A stretch of DNA of 41,017 bases, from positions 1 to 41,017 of the forward strand of contig JAAFKJ010000162.1 of NCBI GenBank assembly GCA_021399395.1, read 5' to 3'. The stretch comes from Candidatus Heimdallarchaeota archaeon (lineage in GTDB: Archaea > Asgardarchaeota > Heimdallarchaeia > Heimdallarchaeales > Heimdallarchaeaceae). Below the pieces are notes generated by a model. That model was not told the DNA's origin. It ran no database searches and saw nothing but the letters and a program-made list of their open reading frames with translations. Both the position numbers and the translations under genes were made by a program. Of the stretch, positions 27,859 to 37,624 are shown in pieces. How positions within the stretch are numbered: the first letter of the stretch is position 1; each line of letters starts with the position of its first letter.

Positions 27859-28055
27859 ATTTCTCACCTGTAGTATGTATGTGTAATGTGTTAAGAGTAA
27901 GTAGTAAAAATCATGCGCCCATGCTTAAAAATTTTTCCTTGAACATTTTAGCACAAATATACTGAATAATAAGTTAAAATCGAATGAAACATACTTATAA
28001 ATATCTAAATGTTGAGGTTGCATAAGAATATTCTCAAAGAGAAAGAGTAGATAAT

Positions 28056-29789
28056 ATGCACAAAAAGAGATTAGCTTTCGATTCTTTGTTCATTTTTCTT
28101 AGCATTTCTCTATTTAGTGTAATCAGAGTCATTTTCGAGCGCTCACTTCCCATAAACGAATTGAATCAAGGTTCCATATTACCGGGGTTTTCTATTACTT
28201 ACTCTATATTCTTATACATTGGAATAATTATCATTTTCTTATTATATGGGTGGACACTTAGAAGATGGTTTCTAAAAAAAGAGTTAGAGAAAAATGATTA
28301 TACCTTAAAGCATATTTATGTAATTTTCATCGTTGTGTTTCTAATAATTATTGTCAATTTCATTACAATTTATCTCCTTCCTCTAGCACCAACAAACTTC
28401 TATGTACAATTTACTACTGCCGTTTTTGAAATTCTGCAATTAGTCGCGATTAGTACTACTTTTGGAATTTTACTCTATCCTCAAATAGAGGAGAAACTAG
28501 GATTATTGTTATTCAAAGAGATTCTACAAGCTGATGAGACCAAACTAGGTTTAGGTTCAGTTCAAAAGCAAGTAAGATTCTATTCCAAGAAATACTGGAA
28601 AATTCTGATGGTCGTAATGGGATTAGTTATAATTTTCTCAAACCTCTTACTTTTCATCATCTATCCTTCTATTCCAGTAGCAGCTAATGAGGGGTTGAAT
28701 ATTTTCTATCCAAATTTTGGATATACTTATGATCCTAGCACAGGTTTTAGACAAAAGTTCTTTGACTACACAACTATTCCATCATCTGTTCTTGTTGATT
28801 GGAAATTAGTTCAATCTATTATGAGTCTGATAATACTCGCTTTTATTGCTTTGATAATCTATTTGCCATCTAAACCTGAATCTAAACCAAAATCAGAAGT
28901 AAAAGAGATAAAGGAATCACCAAAAGACGAGTCTTCACAAGAAAACATAGCCTACAATGTCCTTTCTCCTTCTGTAGAACTCAAGGATTATAGTCCCTCT
29001 CATCAGATTAACTCCAAATCAGAGAGGAGAGCAAGCAAGATTTTTTCAAAAGCGCTTGAAAGTGATTTAATTGGTGTGATGGGATTATTGTGTTTTAACT
29101 TTGCACTTTCAATGTTAATTATTTTCATTTTTCAGAACATGGGTATCATAACAACAATCTCCCTACAGTTGGATGAACTATATGATAATTTATACATAAA
29201 TCTTTCAAATCTATTCTGGGCTGGTTTTGCAGAAGAGATGATATTCCGTTGGTTAATTTTTGGATTACCGCTATTCGTAATCTATGGTATTATCTATCTT
29301 ATTCTACGTATCATTAAGTTCAAATCTCAACAAAAATCAATCAAACAAGAATCTAAAAAACCTCCACGATTTCTGGAAAAAATCAAAACAACTAATCCAC
29401 TTCTCTATCTTATAGGGGGATGGAAACGAGTTGATTTTATCGGGATAATTTTTCTTATATTTTCATCATTTGCTTTTGGATATGTTCATTATGCTAATGG
29501 TTGGGGTGCATGGAAAATTTTCCAAGCAGGAGTTGCTGGAGCAGTTTTTGGTTATGCTTACATTAAATATGGATTTCATGCTGCTATTTTCTTACATGCT
29601 GCTAATAACTTCATAATTGGTTATCTAATAACACCCAATTACGGTTTGATAATAAATGGCCAATTCATGTTTTTGGTTTTAACATTCCTTGGCGCGTTCA
29701 TACTACTAAATTTCACCATGATAGTACTTTCTAAATTCTTTAAAGGGATGAATATACTGTTTGGTAGATATAACAAAGAGCTTAGTTAA
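28056..29789 (+). CDS. CPBP/Abi (type II CAAX protease, Rce1-like) intramembrane protease with extended multi-TM N-terminus
   Basis: AEEMIFR (EExxxR), FGYVH (FxxxH) and HAANN (HxxxN) motifs; many TM helices. Confidence 0.85.
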   Translation: MHKKRLAFDSLFIFLSISLFSVIRVIFERSLPINELNQGSILPGFSITYSIFLYIGIIIIFLLYGWTLRRWFLKKELEKNDYTLKHIYVIFIVVFLIIIVNFITIYLLPLAPTNFYVQFTTAVFEILQLVAISTTFGILLYPQIEEKLGLLLFKEILQADETKLGLGSVQKQVRFYSKKYWKILMVVMGLVIIFSNLLLFIIYPSIPVAANEGLNIFYPNFGYTYDPSTGFRQKFFDYTTIPSSVLVDWKLVQSIMSLIILAFIALIIYLPSKPESKPKSEVKEIKESPKDESSQENIAYNVLSPSVELKDYSPSHQINSKSERRASKIFSKALESDLIGVMGLLCFNFALSMLIIFIFQNMGIITTISLQLDELYDNLYINLSNLFWAGFAEEMIFRWLIFGLPLFVIYGIIYLILRIIKFKSQQKSIKQESKKPPRFLEKIKTTNPLLYLIGGWKRVDFIGIIFLIFSSFAFGYVHYANGWGAWKIFQAGVAGAVFGYAYIKYGFHAAIFLHAANNFIIGYLITPNYGLIINGQFMFLVLTFLGAFILLNFTMIVLSKFFKGMNILFGRYNKELS

Positions 29790-29804
29790 TTCTACGCATC
29801 AGAA

Positions 29805-30404
29805 GTGGTCAATTTGAGTTATAGAGAAAAATTATTTCTTAAGGTTATACTTGCGGGTGAAGCAGGAGTCGGTAAAACAAGTTTGAGAAGGGCATATTTA
29901 GGAGAAGGGTTTGTTACTGAACATTTGCAAACTATTGGGGCGGATTTCGCATCTCTTACGAAAAAAATTCAAGACTATTCTGTACTCTTTCAGATTTGGG
30001 ATATTGCAGGTCAAGATGTTTTTGAGAATGTGAGGATGATGTATTATAAGGGCGCACTTGGTGCTCTGATGGTTTTTGATGCAAAAAAACTCTCTACCTT
30101 AAAAGTTCTTGATAAGTGGGTAAATGAGCTAGTAAAAGGAACTGAACGAGGCGTAGTGCCATTTTCGTTCTTAGGTAATAAAATGGATTTAGTCACCGAG
30201 AGCGCTAGGAATAAAATAAGAACTCAGGTTAAGGGTATAATTACCAATCTTAACAAAAAATATGCAGATAAAGGATTCAAAGTAGATTATTTCGAAACAT
30301 CTGCAAAAACTAGTGAAAATGTAAGCGATGCTTTTGAAAGCCTTGGAACAAAAATTATTGAGTATATTGAATATAGGAAGGAAATGAGGAGGAAAGGAGT
30401 TTGA
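29805..30404 (+). CDS. Rab-like small GTPase (Ras superfamily)
   Basis: G1 GEAGVGKTS, G2 TIGADF, G3 WDIAGQ, YYKGA, G4 GNKMD, G5 ETSAK. Confidence 0.93.
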   Translation: MVNLSYREKLFLKVILAGEAGVGKTSLRRAYLGEGFVTEHLQTIGADFASLTKKIQDYSVLFQIWDIAGQDVFENVRMMYYKGALGALMVFDAKKLSTLKVLDKWVNELVKGTERGVVPFSFLGNKMDLVTESARNKIRTQVKGIITNLNKKYADKGFKVDYFETSAKTSENVSDAFESLGTKIIEYIEYRKEMRRKGV

Positions 30405-32755
30405 GTAGAGAGCAAATTCAAGAGTATCTACAGACCAATAAAACTGATAGAATCAATCTGAGTAATATTAAGGAACTCCATCAACTTATCTCATTTATGG
30501 CTGATAAAGAAGAAAGGATTAGAAAGAAGTCAGCTCAACTTGTCTTTAGTAGCGCTTATATCCCTACAGACAAAATTCTAGATTATTACATCACAGATCC
30601 CCATCCATTTGTTAAACAAGTTATTATTGAACAACTTCACTACTTTATTCCAATTCTTTCGAAGTACTTAACCAAAGATTCAAGTTTTGAGAAGATAAAT
30701 GATTTATTAGCAACTCAAAAAGCTGAAAATTTCTTTAAATCCCTGGAGAAATCCTATGAAATTGTTCCTGTTTTAACTACTTTAGCTGAAATTGCTTTGA
30801 GAACCTGTGATTCATCCATCTCTAATATGGAAGAAACTTTCATCGATTTCCACTTCATTTCTACACAAACTAAAGAGATTAAGAAAATTCTCAATTTCCG
30901 AATCAAACAATCGGATCCGGTTTACACTGAATTAACACTTTTTACACTTACAAAATTTCCTGAACTTACAAATCTGATTATTAAAGAAGTAAGAAACATT
31001 ATCCTTAAAGAAAAAATAGAATCACACATCAAATATGCAGCCTTAGCATTAATGCAAATTGATAACCCTAAAAATGCTGATGTTCTGATTAATAGATTAA
31101 AGAACTTTAACGATTCAGTAGACACTCAACTTGCAATAATTGAATCTTTGGGAACATTGGGTAACAAAAGCGCAAGTGAAATCTTAATATCTCAATTCGA
31201 TAAGGGAGAACCTTTAGCTTATTATTCTGCACGATCTATGGCACTACTTGGGGATTCAGTTCTTCCTGATCTTGTCAACGCCTTAGAAGATGATAGTAGG
31301 GTTCCTTACATCATTGAAACAATGAAAAGGATTGGAGATATCAGTTATGAATATCTAATGTCTGCGCTTCAAAAGGGTAACAAGAATATTAGAAAAAATG
31401 TTGCACAATGTCTCACATTGGTTATGAGCGAAAAGCATGGTTATGAAGGTGCAATTAGATTATTAACAACACAATTAGCAGGAAAGAATCCTTCTGTGAT
31501 TGAAGCGATAACTGAGGCATTATTGACCTTGGGGACACCTTCAATCAAAGTACTTATTGAGGAATTAACTGAAGATGATTTAAGGCTCAGGAAAAACGCT
31601 ATTGACGTCCTTCATTATTTTGGCGAAAATAATATTGAATTAGCTTTAGATGGGATTCTGGATATAGATACACCTTTAGCTGTCAATCTAGGTTTAATTT
31701 TACACCTTTACTATCCTAATGAAGATTTGAAAAAACTTGGTTACTCTTTTGCATTCTCCTCAAGTAAATTGCGCATAAAAAATAATCAGATATTTGAACT
31801 TGCATTAAAATCACTCAAAGAAATAGATCCTGATATAAGGGTAAGAAGTAGCACATTACTTCATCAATTTGGGGCCAAAGCTGTTCCACATCTAAATAAT
31901 ATGTTAACCGATCCAAATATCCAAGTTCGAAGGAAAGCAATTGAATCTCTCAGAAAGATTAAGAGTAAAAGAGCCTTAATTATACTAACAAGGGCAGCAA
32001 AAGATCCTGATGATACTATTGCTGAAATCTCAACAAGAGCTCTAGGCGATTTGAAAGATCCTGGTGTAATTGATGTGATAATCCACAATATGAGAAGACC
32101 TAAAAAACTTGTTAGAGAAGCAGCAATTGATGCAGCAGTAAATATAGGGGCTCCAGTAGCAAAGAAACTTCTTGCACAATTGAATGCACCAAATGCTAAT
32201 CTTGTGAGTTCAACCATAGAAGCATTAGGTCAAATGGATTATAACATACTGAATCTCAGTACTCCTTTTCTGAAAACAGCTGATGAGAAATGGTTTAAGA
32301 ATTTACAAAAAACTGTTACCAAAATGGGAACTGGAGCTAAAACAGTTCTCTTGAAGATTTATAATTCATCAAAGAATCAAAAATCAAAAGATAGACTCTT
32401 AATCCTCCTCTCTATTGTTAAGGAAGGTTCTATTATTAACGATACAATTAAGAAAATCAACTCAGAAGAGCATAAATTGGGAGTTTTAGTTTTTAATAAT
32501 ATTGGAGAAACATCAGTTAAGATTCTTACTAGAGAACTTAAGAAACTTACAAAGAAAGCAAGAGCCGATTTCAGTCTTTACAGTAAAGGAATAAACGCTG
32601 AAATTCTAATTCCCCTACTAGAAAAATCAGTAAGTGATTCAAAGCTGAAGGATATAACACAGTCTTTGTTAAAAAATCATATGCGAACAATAAGAAGATA
32701 CTGTCAGAGCGTAGGAAAGAACTATAACGATTATGTAAGCCAATTTAAAGAATAA
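30401..32755 (+). CDS. HEAT-repeat (PBS-lyase type) alpha-solenoid protein
   Basis: Repeats such as AVPHLNNMLTDPNIQVRRKAIESL and LIEELTEDDLRLRKNAIDVL. TTG start overlaps the GTPase stop, preceded by AGGAG. Confidence 0.85.
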   Translation: MSREQIQEYLQTNKTDRINLSNIKELHQLISFMADKEERIRKKSAQLVFSSAYIPTDKILDYYITDPHPFVKQVIIEQLHYFIPILSKYLTKDSSFEKINDLLATQKAENFFKSLEKSYEIVPVLTTLAEIALRTCDSSISNMEETFIDFHFISTQTKEIKKILNFRIKQSDPVYTELTLFTLTKFPELTNLIIKEVRNIILKEKIESHIKYAALALMQIDNPKNADVLINRLKNFNDSVDTQLAIIESLGTLGNKSASEILISQFDKGEPLAYYSARSMALLGDSVLPDLVNALEDDSRVPYIIETMKRIGDISYEYLMSALQKGNKNIRKNVAQCLTLVMSEKHGYEGAIRLLTTQLAGKNPSVIEAITEALLTLGTPSIKVLIEELTEDDLRLRKNAIDVLHYFGENNIELALDGILDIDTPLAVNLGLILHLYYPNEDLKKLGYSFAFSSSKLRIKNNQIFELALKSLKEIDPDIRVRSSTLLHQFGAKAVPHLNNMLTDPNIQVRRKAIESLRKIKSKRALIILTRAAKDPDDTIAEISTRALGDLKDPGVIDVIIHNMRRPKKLVREAAIDAAVNIGAPVAKKLLAQLNAPNANLVSSTIEALGQMDYNILNLSTPFLKTADEKWFKNLQKTVTKMGTGAKTVLLKIYNSSKNQKSKDRLLILLSIVKEGSIINDTIKKINSEEHKLGVLVFNNIGETSVKILTRELKKLTKKARADFSLYSKGINAEILIPLLEKSVSDSKLKDITQSLLKNHMRTIRRYCQSVGKNYNDYVSQFKE

Positions 32756-32761
32756 TTCCTG

Positions 32762-33826
32762 TCACTTCTCAAAGATTTTGAAAATTGCTTTTGGTTGTTT
32801 TAAGATCTCTAATTTTTCATCGTTTAACCGTGCAATCCTATCTGAAACTAAAGGACTTAACGAGAGTTCGAAATGTGGTGGAATATTTAGGTAGAAAATC
32901 TCTTTGTCATTCATATAACCTAAGCTGTTATCTATTGTGTTTATTGTATCCAGTTTCTTATAACTTGCATCTAATATTTCCAATTTTCCAGAAAATGAGA
33001 AAATGTCATCAAAATCACTTTCAATACTTTCTAGACTTTCTCTCTTTTTGTCAGACGATCGGAAAATGTGGAAATAACCCGCTTCTTCAAGCCACATAAA
33101 AGATGCAGTAGATGCATCAAATAGATTTATTTTCGGAAATCTTTCAAATATGGGTGTAATGACCTTTACAAGGTTACTTGTACGCAGTTCTGTTGGGTGT
33201 TGATTATAATTCGAGGTTGTAAAAACTAAATCTCTCCCAGAATAATCTGTAGAAGCAGTTGATAATATTCTCTTATTTTTGATACTAATTCTTTCTTTTT
33301 CTCGGATGATATATACATCATTTTCTTCAGCAAGTTTTTGAAAGGAAGTAAATAAATCAAAAGGATTTGAACAAGTGTAAGAATTATGAATTTCAGTTAA
33401 ATGGATCTCTTTTTCTGTTTTGATGAATGGAAAATAACTTTCTGTCTCTTCCAAATTTAAGTTCTTATGACTAATAGTACTGCCTTCTAATTTCTCTTGA
33501 TGCAAATTCATCTTAGCAATAGAGTTTTTATCTCGATAGAGCAGAACTAATGGATTCTGAGAAAACTCAAAATCTTTTGTGATTGTGTTCAATTCTTCTA
33601 GAATAGTAATGTTTCTTTGAAAAATAGCACTCATTAGTGAATCTGGTAACTGGAAAATTGGTAGTATGATTCCAGGGTTAAAATGAGATAAATTAAGTCC
33701 TTTTTGTTCTCTAAGAACCAAATTTATACTCGAATCTGTTTTATATTTAGACAGAAAATAAGCTAAGGCAACTGCGGTAATCCCTTCACCTTCTACCAGA
33801 ATGTCACTCTCAATCTTCTCTACCAT
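32762..33826 (-). CDS. DAO/sarcosine-oxidase-like FAD-dependent oxidoreductase fold, degenerate
   Basis: DILVEGEGITAVALAYFL resembles GxGxxG. SHFNPGII and ESYFPFI resemble DAO-family segments. Confidence 0.6.
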   Translation of the reverse strand: MVEKIESDILVEGEGITAVALAYFLSKYKTDSSINLVLREQKGLNLSHFNPGIILPIFQLPDSLMSAIFQRNITILEELNTITKDFEFSQNPLVLLYRDKNSIAKMNLHQEKLEGSTISHKNLNLEETESYFPFIKTEKEIHLTEIHNSYTCSNPFDLFTSFQKLAEENDVYIIREKERISIKNKRILSTASTDYSGRDLVFTTSNYNQHPTELRTSNLVKVITPIFERFPKINLFDASTASFMWLEEAGYFHIFRSSDKKRESLESIESDFDDIFSFSGKLEILDASYKKLDTINTIDNSLGYMNDKEIFYLNIPPHFELSLSPLVSDRIARLNDEKLEILKQPKAIFKIFEK

Positions 33827-33876
33827 ACCATACTATAGGGGAATAGATATTTAAACTTTGAAGGAAAGAAAGTGCC

Positions 33877-34146
33877 ATGGCATACAATATTGTGTTGAAA
33901 GTAATTAAGCAAGAAGGATCTTGTGCAGCTGGTCACAAAGTTGGAGATGAAATTTTGATAAGTTTTGACAAAAATGAAATGAAAGGAAAAATCTGTCTTC
34001 ACGCTCTCTACTCTGTCCTACCAAAAGTTTATGCTATGGCATATGGAGCGGAGTTTCCTTGGTTAGAAGATGGTGATGTCTCTACTCATGCATGCCCTGA
34101 TGCACACAATCCACTTGTTTACGAAGTAAAAAGAATAAGGGAGTAA
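33877..34146 (+). CDS. TIGR04076-family small Cys-containing protein
   Basis: CAAGHKVGDE, ICLHAL and CPDAHNPLVYE pattern. Confidence 0.8.
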   Translation: MAYNIVLKVIKQEGSCAAGHKVGDEILISFDKNEMKGKICLHALYSVLPKVYAMAYGAEFPWLEDGDVSTHACPDAHNPLVYEVKRIRE

Positions 34147-34148
34147 GA

Positions 34149-35096
34149 CTACACCCCAATTATCAGAAAAATTATTTTATCTATAATAAACAACAGTAGG
34201 AATACTAAGTATAGAATTAGCAGTATCTCTTTGGTTGTGTAAGCCCATTTAGGTTTTTGATTGAACAGGATTGCTATAGCTAAAAATGTTGCAATAGGTA
34301 ATACGAGAACATATCCTGCAATTCCACTGGCAAGATAGTTGAGCCCTAAGAAAATTGCCGTAAAACCTCCTGAAATCAAAACCCACAGAAACAGCGATGC
34401 GATTATAGCTGTTATCTTTGGTCCATACTTAACAGCTATAGTTCTTACCCCAGCTTCCCTATCACCTTCAATATCCGGCAGTCCTTTGATTATCTCTCTT
34501 CCTACATTTCCTGATCCTGCTGCTACACCAACAACAATTGGAATCCAAGCAAATTTGAAACCAGGTATCTCTTTGAAAACTAGAAATGAATGTAGCGAAC
34601 CATAGAGGAACAACGCTAGAACATTAATACCAATGGTAAGATTTCCCCAAAAACCTAGTTTCTTAAGTTTGAAGTCATACAACACCAAGGATCCTCCGAA
34701 GATTAATGCTGTAGCAAAACTTAGTCCATATAAGCCTCTAAAAAAATCAATGGCAAGAGCGGTACCTAAAGCAAGACCAACGAAAATGAAACCATATATT
34801 TTCGCTGCTTTTACAGATATTTTTCCTGTAGGAATAGGTCTATGTGGTGCATTTATTGCATCTTCTTCTCTATCTGCAATATCATTAAAAATCATAGCTT
34901 GACAGGATACAAACATTCCAGCAACAATAACTAAAACTACTGTAATATAATCAGCTGCAGTTAAAGTGATTCCATCGGGGAAAGATAGTACAACTCCAAA
35001 TGCTGCTGCAGCTCCTGCTACCAAGCCGTTAACTAATCTAAGAATTTTGATATATGCTATAACAATCTCTTTTCTAGAAAACTGATTAGCCGTCAT
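34149..35096 (-). CDS. UbiA-family prenyltransferase, probable digeranylgeranylglyceryl-phosphate synthase
   Basis: NDIADREEDAINAPHRPIPTG and GREIIKGLPDIEGD motifs; multiple TMs. Confidence 0.85.
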   Translation of the reverse strand: MTANQFSRKEIVIAYIKILRLVNGLVAGAAAAFGVVLSFPDGITLTAADYITVVLVIVAGMFVSCQAMIFNDIADREEDAINAPHRPIPTGKISVKAAKIYGFIFVGLALGTALAIDFFRGLYGLSFATALIFGGSLVLYDFKLKKLGFWGNLTIGINVLALFLYGSLHSFLVFKEIPGFKFAWIPIVVGVAAGSGNVGREIIKGLPDIEGDREAGVRTIAVKYGPKITAIIASLFLWVLISGGFTAIFLGLNYLASGIAGYVLVLPIATFLAIAILFNQKPKWAYTTKEILLILYLVFLLLFIIDKIIFLIIGV

Positions 35097-35143
35097 ACGG
35101 ACATAAAGGTAAAGAGTTGGTTTTAAAATTTGTTACTCAGCCT

Positions 35144-35308
35144 TCACTCAGTTTTCTCAATTTTGATTTGTATAGTATGAATGTTCTCTAAGTCAATACC
35201 TTTGAGAGTTTCGACAATTCCCCAATTAATATTGGTGAATATTTTTGTAAGAAAATTATTCAAAGGAACTTCTTCATCATCAATTTTTAACAAAACTTCT
35301 GTATTCAT
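35144..35308 (-). CDS. Small 54-aa protein resembling the C-terminal domain appended to some MobB proteins
   Basis: Not in the ORF track. Translation MNTEVLLKIDDEEVPLNNFLTKIFTNINWGIVETLKGIDLENIHTIQIKIEKTE; co-oriented with its neighbours; purine-rich upstream sequence. Confidence 0.6.
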   Translation of the reverse strand: MNTEVLLKIDDEEVPLNNFLTKIFTNINWGIVETLKGIDLENIHTIQIKIEKTE

Positions 35309-35506
35309 TATTCTCACTACCACTTATTTCATGCTCATTTTAAACTTTGTTCAGTCAATTAGTATCGATTTCATCTTTGGATTGCAGTTGCTGTTATGTT
35401 ATTTTCCTCATACATAGTGTTTTTGGGATAAAGACGAAAACGTGAAAAGAAGATTAAACTTGCAGAAATAAATTAAAAAAATAGGAAATAGAAAGAAATG
35501 TTTCTT

Positions 35507-36304
35507 CTATTTTAGCTTGATAGTTGGGTTCGGATCATCCTTACCATGCATTTCTATTTCAACTAAACCAGCTGATTCCAACATTTGAACATATCTCAGA
35601 ATGGCATGTGTTGAAGATCCTGTTGACATTGCTAATCTTTTGAGCTCAATTACTCTAAATTTTTCCAAAGTTGAGAGCCAACCGTAAGAGGGATCTGATT
35701 CAGCTATAATTTGGAACCTTCTCAAGGCTTCCTCTTTATCTCTTAAATCAGTCTTGATTTGCTCTAATCTTGAAGAATCGGTCAATAATTCATTGTATTT
35801 ATTCTCAATTGTAGCCTTCTCATCCTTTACTTGTTCAAATTGAGCTTCAATTTCGGTTTTTGCACTCTCTAGTTCGCTCATGCTCTCTCGTAGCTTGTCA
35901 ATTGTATGTTGCTTGTCTTGATACCCTTCACTTTGCTCGTCCATTTCTCTTGTTATATTGGCAAAATCTGTATCTTTCGTCATAGCTTCATTTTTGAGAT
36001 CTTGAACCTCTGTATTCAAATTCTCTTTCTCTTCTTTGAGATTTGCATTTTCATCTTTGAGAGTATTAACTTCATTCTCAAGATTTGTTTTAGTTGTCTC
36101 TAATTCACTGAATCCTTCTGCTTTTATTTTGAGTTCATCAAGTTCAGTTTGCAGGGCATTCTTCTTCTCTGTTAACTCATTATTAGCAGTTTCAAGTTCA
36201 TCAACCTTTGTTTGTAGATTTTGAGCTTTGTTTTCTAACTCAGTGATTTTTATAGCATCACTAACTGAAATACTTCCATCTTCTTCTGTCAAATTATTCA
36301 CCAA
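35507..36304 (-). CDS. Long coiled-coil protein with C-terminal winged HTH
   Basis: About 180 aa of heptads, then DPSYGWLSTLEK...LKRLAMSTGSSTHAILRYVQMLESAGLVE. Confidence 0.75.
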   Translation of the reverse strand: MVNNLTEEDGSISVSDAIKITELENKAQNLQTKVDELETANNELTEKKNALQTELDELKIKAEGFSELETTKTNLENEVNTLKDENANLKEEKENLNTEVQDLKNEAMTKDTDFANITREMDEQSEGYQDKQHTIDKLRESMSELESAKTEIEAQFEQVKDEKATIENKYNELLTDSSRLEQIKTDLRDKEEALRRFQIIAESDPSYGWLSTLEKFRVIELKRLAMSTGSSTHAILRYVQMLESAGLVEIEMHGKDDPNPTIKLK

Positions 36305-36376
36305 TTTAATAATGGAAAGACTAAATGTTTCTAAAGAACAGAAACATGAATATCTTACTTAAAGTTTATGAAAGTT

Positions 36377-37519
36377 TTAACTTTCACCTACATCGAGTAT
36401 CCCGTCTTGTCCTATCATGAAAACGGTTTCAATTTCTGGGATATGTGGACTGTCAATTACTCTTGCTATTCTCTTCTCTCCTTTACCTTTCCTTAGAAAA
36501 ACTCTAGTTGTACAAGAATGGGCAACGATATGACCTCCAATTGGAAAAACTGTCTCACCATATAATACATCAGGCTTTGAAAGGACTTGATTAGTCGCTA
36601 CTACAGCTATATCATATACTTCTGCTAATCTTAGGAGTTGATGCAAGAACTTGTTTAGTTTTTGCTGCCTCTCGAGTAAGGAATTTCTTCCTGTGAATTC
36701 AGCTCTAAAATGGCTTGTTAAGGAGTCAATAATCATCAATTTTACATTCCCCTCCTTTATAAATTTTGGACTTTCCAAAACTAGAACCATCTGATGATCA
36801 GAATTATATGCTCTACCGACATTGATACGACTTAAGACTTCCTCAGCAGGAGCATTAAATCTGTTACATATTTGCACGATTCTCTCTGGTCTAAACGTTC
36901 CTTCAGTATCTATGTAAATTACTCCAGATTCAAGTCCACCAAGACTTTTTTCCATGGCAGTTGTAACACACAGTTGGAAACAAATCTGAGTTTTACCTGT
37001 TCGAAATTCACCAGAAAATTCAGTCAAAGAACTGGTTTCGATACCCCCCGCAAGAAGAGTATCAAGAGCTTCACTCCCTGTTGATATTTTTACCAATTTA
37101 TTTCGAATTTTTAGAAGCTCTTTTGCACTTTTGAATCCAATACCAATCTGGCTTCGAGATGCTGAAATAAGTCTTTTTGCGGTTTGTTCTCCTATCTCAC
37201 AATGTTCTGCAAGTTCTATAGGTGATGCATGCGCTACTGCTGCTAATGTTAGATATCCCGATGACATCAATTTTTCAGCTACTGCTGGACCAATCCCTGG
37301 AATCTGGTTTACTGCAACATCGCTTAAATCTTCAGTCTTTGGTTTTTTAGCCTGGGTTTTTTTCTGTTTTGGTAATATCTCTTCAATCCAATCTTCTGGC
37401 TCTTTTTTAGGTTTAGCTGTTTTACTAACCTCGTCCTTTGCTTTGGTTGTTGTAGTTGTTTTCTTAACCTCAAGTTGCTTTTCTTTTTTAGGTTTTGGAG
37501 TTTCTTCCTTTTTTGACAT
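36377..37519 (-). CDS. radA: DNA repair and recombination protein RadA
   Basis: HhH N-terminal domain, FKSA polymerisation motif, Walker A GEFRTGKT, YIDTEGTFRPER, IIDS, GGHIVAH. Confidence 0.96.
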   Translation of the reverse strand: MSKKEETPKPKKEKQLEVKKTTTTTKAKDEVSKTAKPKKEPEDWIEEILPKQKKTQAKKPKTEDLSDVAVNQIPGIGPAVAEKLMSSGYLTLAAVAHASPIELAEHCEIGEQTAKRLISASRSQIGIGFKSAKELLKIRNKLVKISTGSEALDTLLAGGIETSSLTEFSGEFRTGKTQICFQLCVTTAMEKSLGGLESGVIYIDTEGTFRPERIVQICNRFNAPAEEVLSRINVGRAYNSDHQMVLVLESPKFIKEGNVKLMIIDSLTSHFRAEFTGRNSLLERQQKLNKFLHQLLRLAEVYDIAVVATNQVLSKPDVLYGETVFPIGGHIVAHSCTTRVFLRKGKGEKRIARVIDSPHIPEIETVFMIGQDGILDVGES

Positions 37520-37624
37520 AACTTCACTTTTCCAACTGCTGATTAATTATCAAGATTTGTATATTTAAGAAGTGCTATTAAAATGTTAAATTTACTTGCT
37601 TTTTAAATTTAATAGTTTACTCAT

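Noticed and set aside
30370-30404. CAAX/prenylation motif on the GTPase next to the CAAX protease
   Set aside because: The C-terminus is RRKGV with no cysteine.
35181-35417. 78-aa plus-strand ORF
   Set aside because: It overlaps the more protein-like 54-aa minus-strand ORF and has no recognisable motif.
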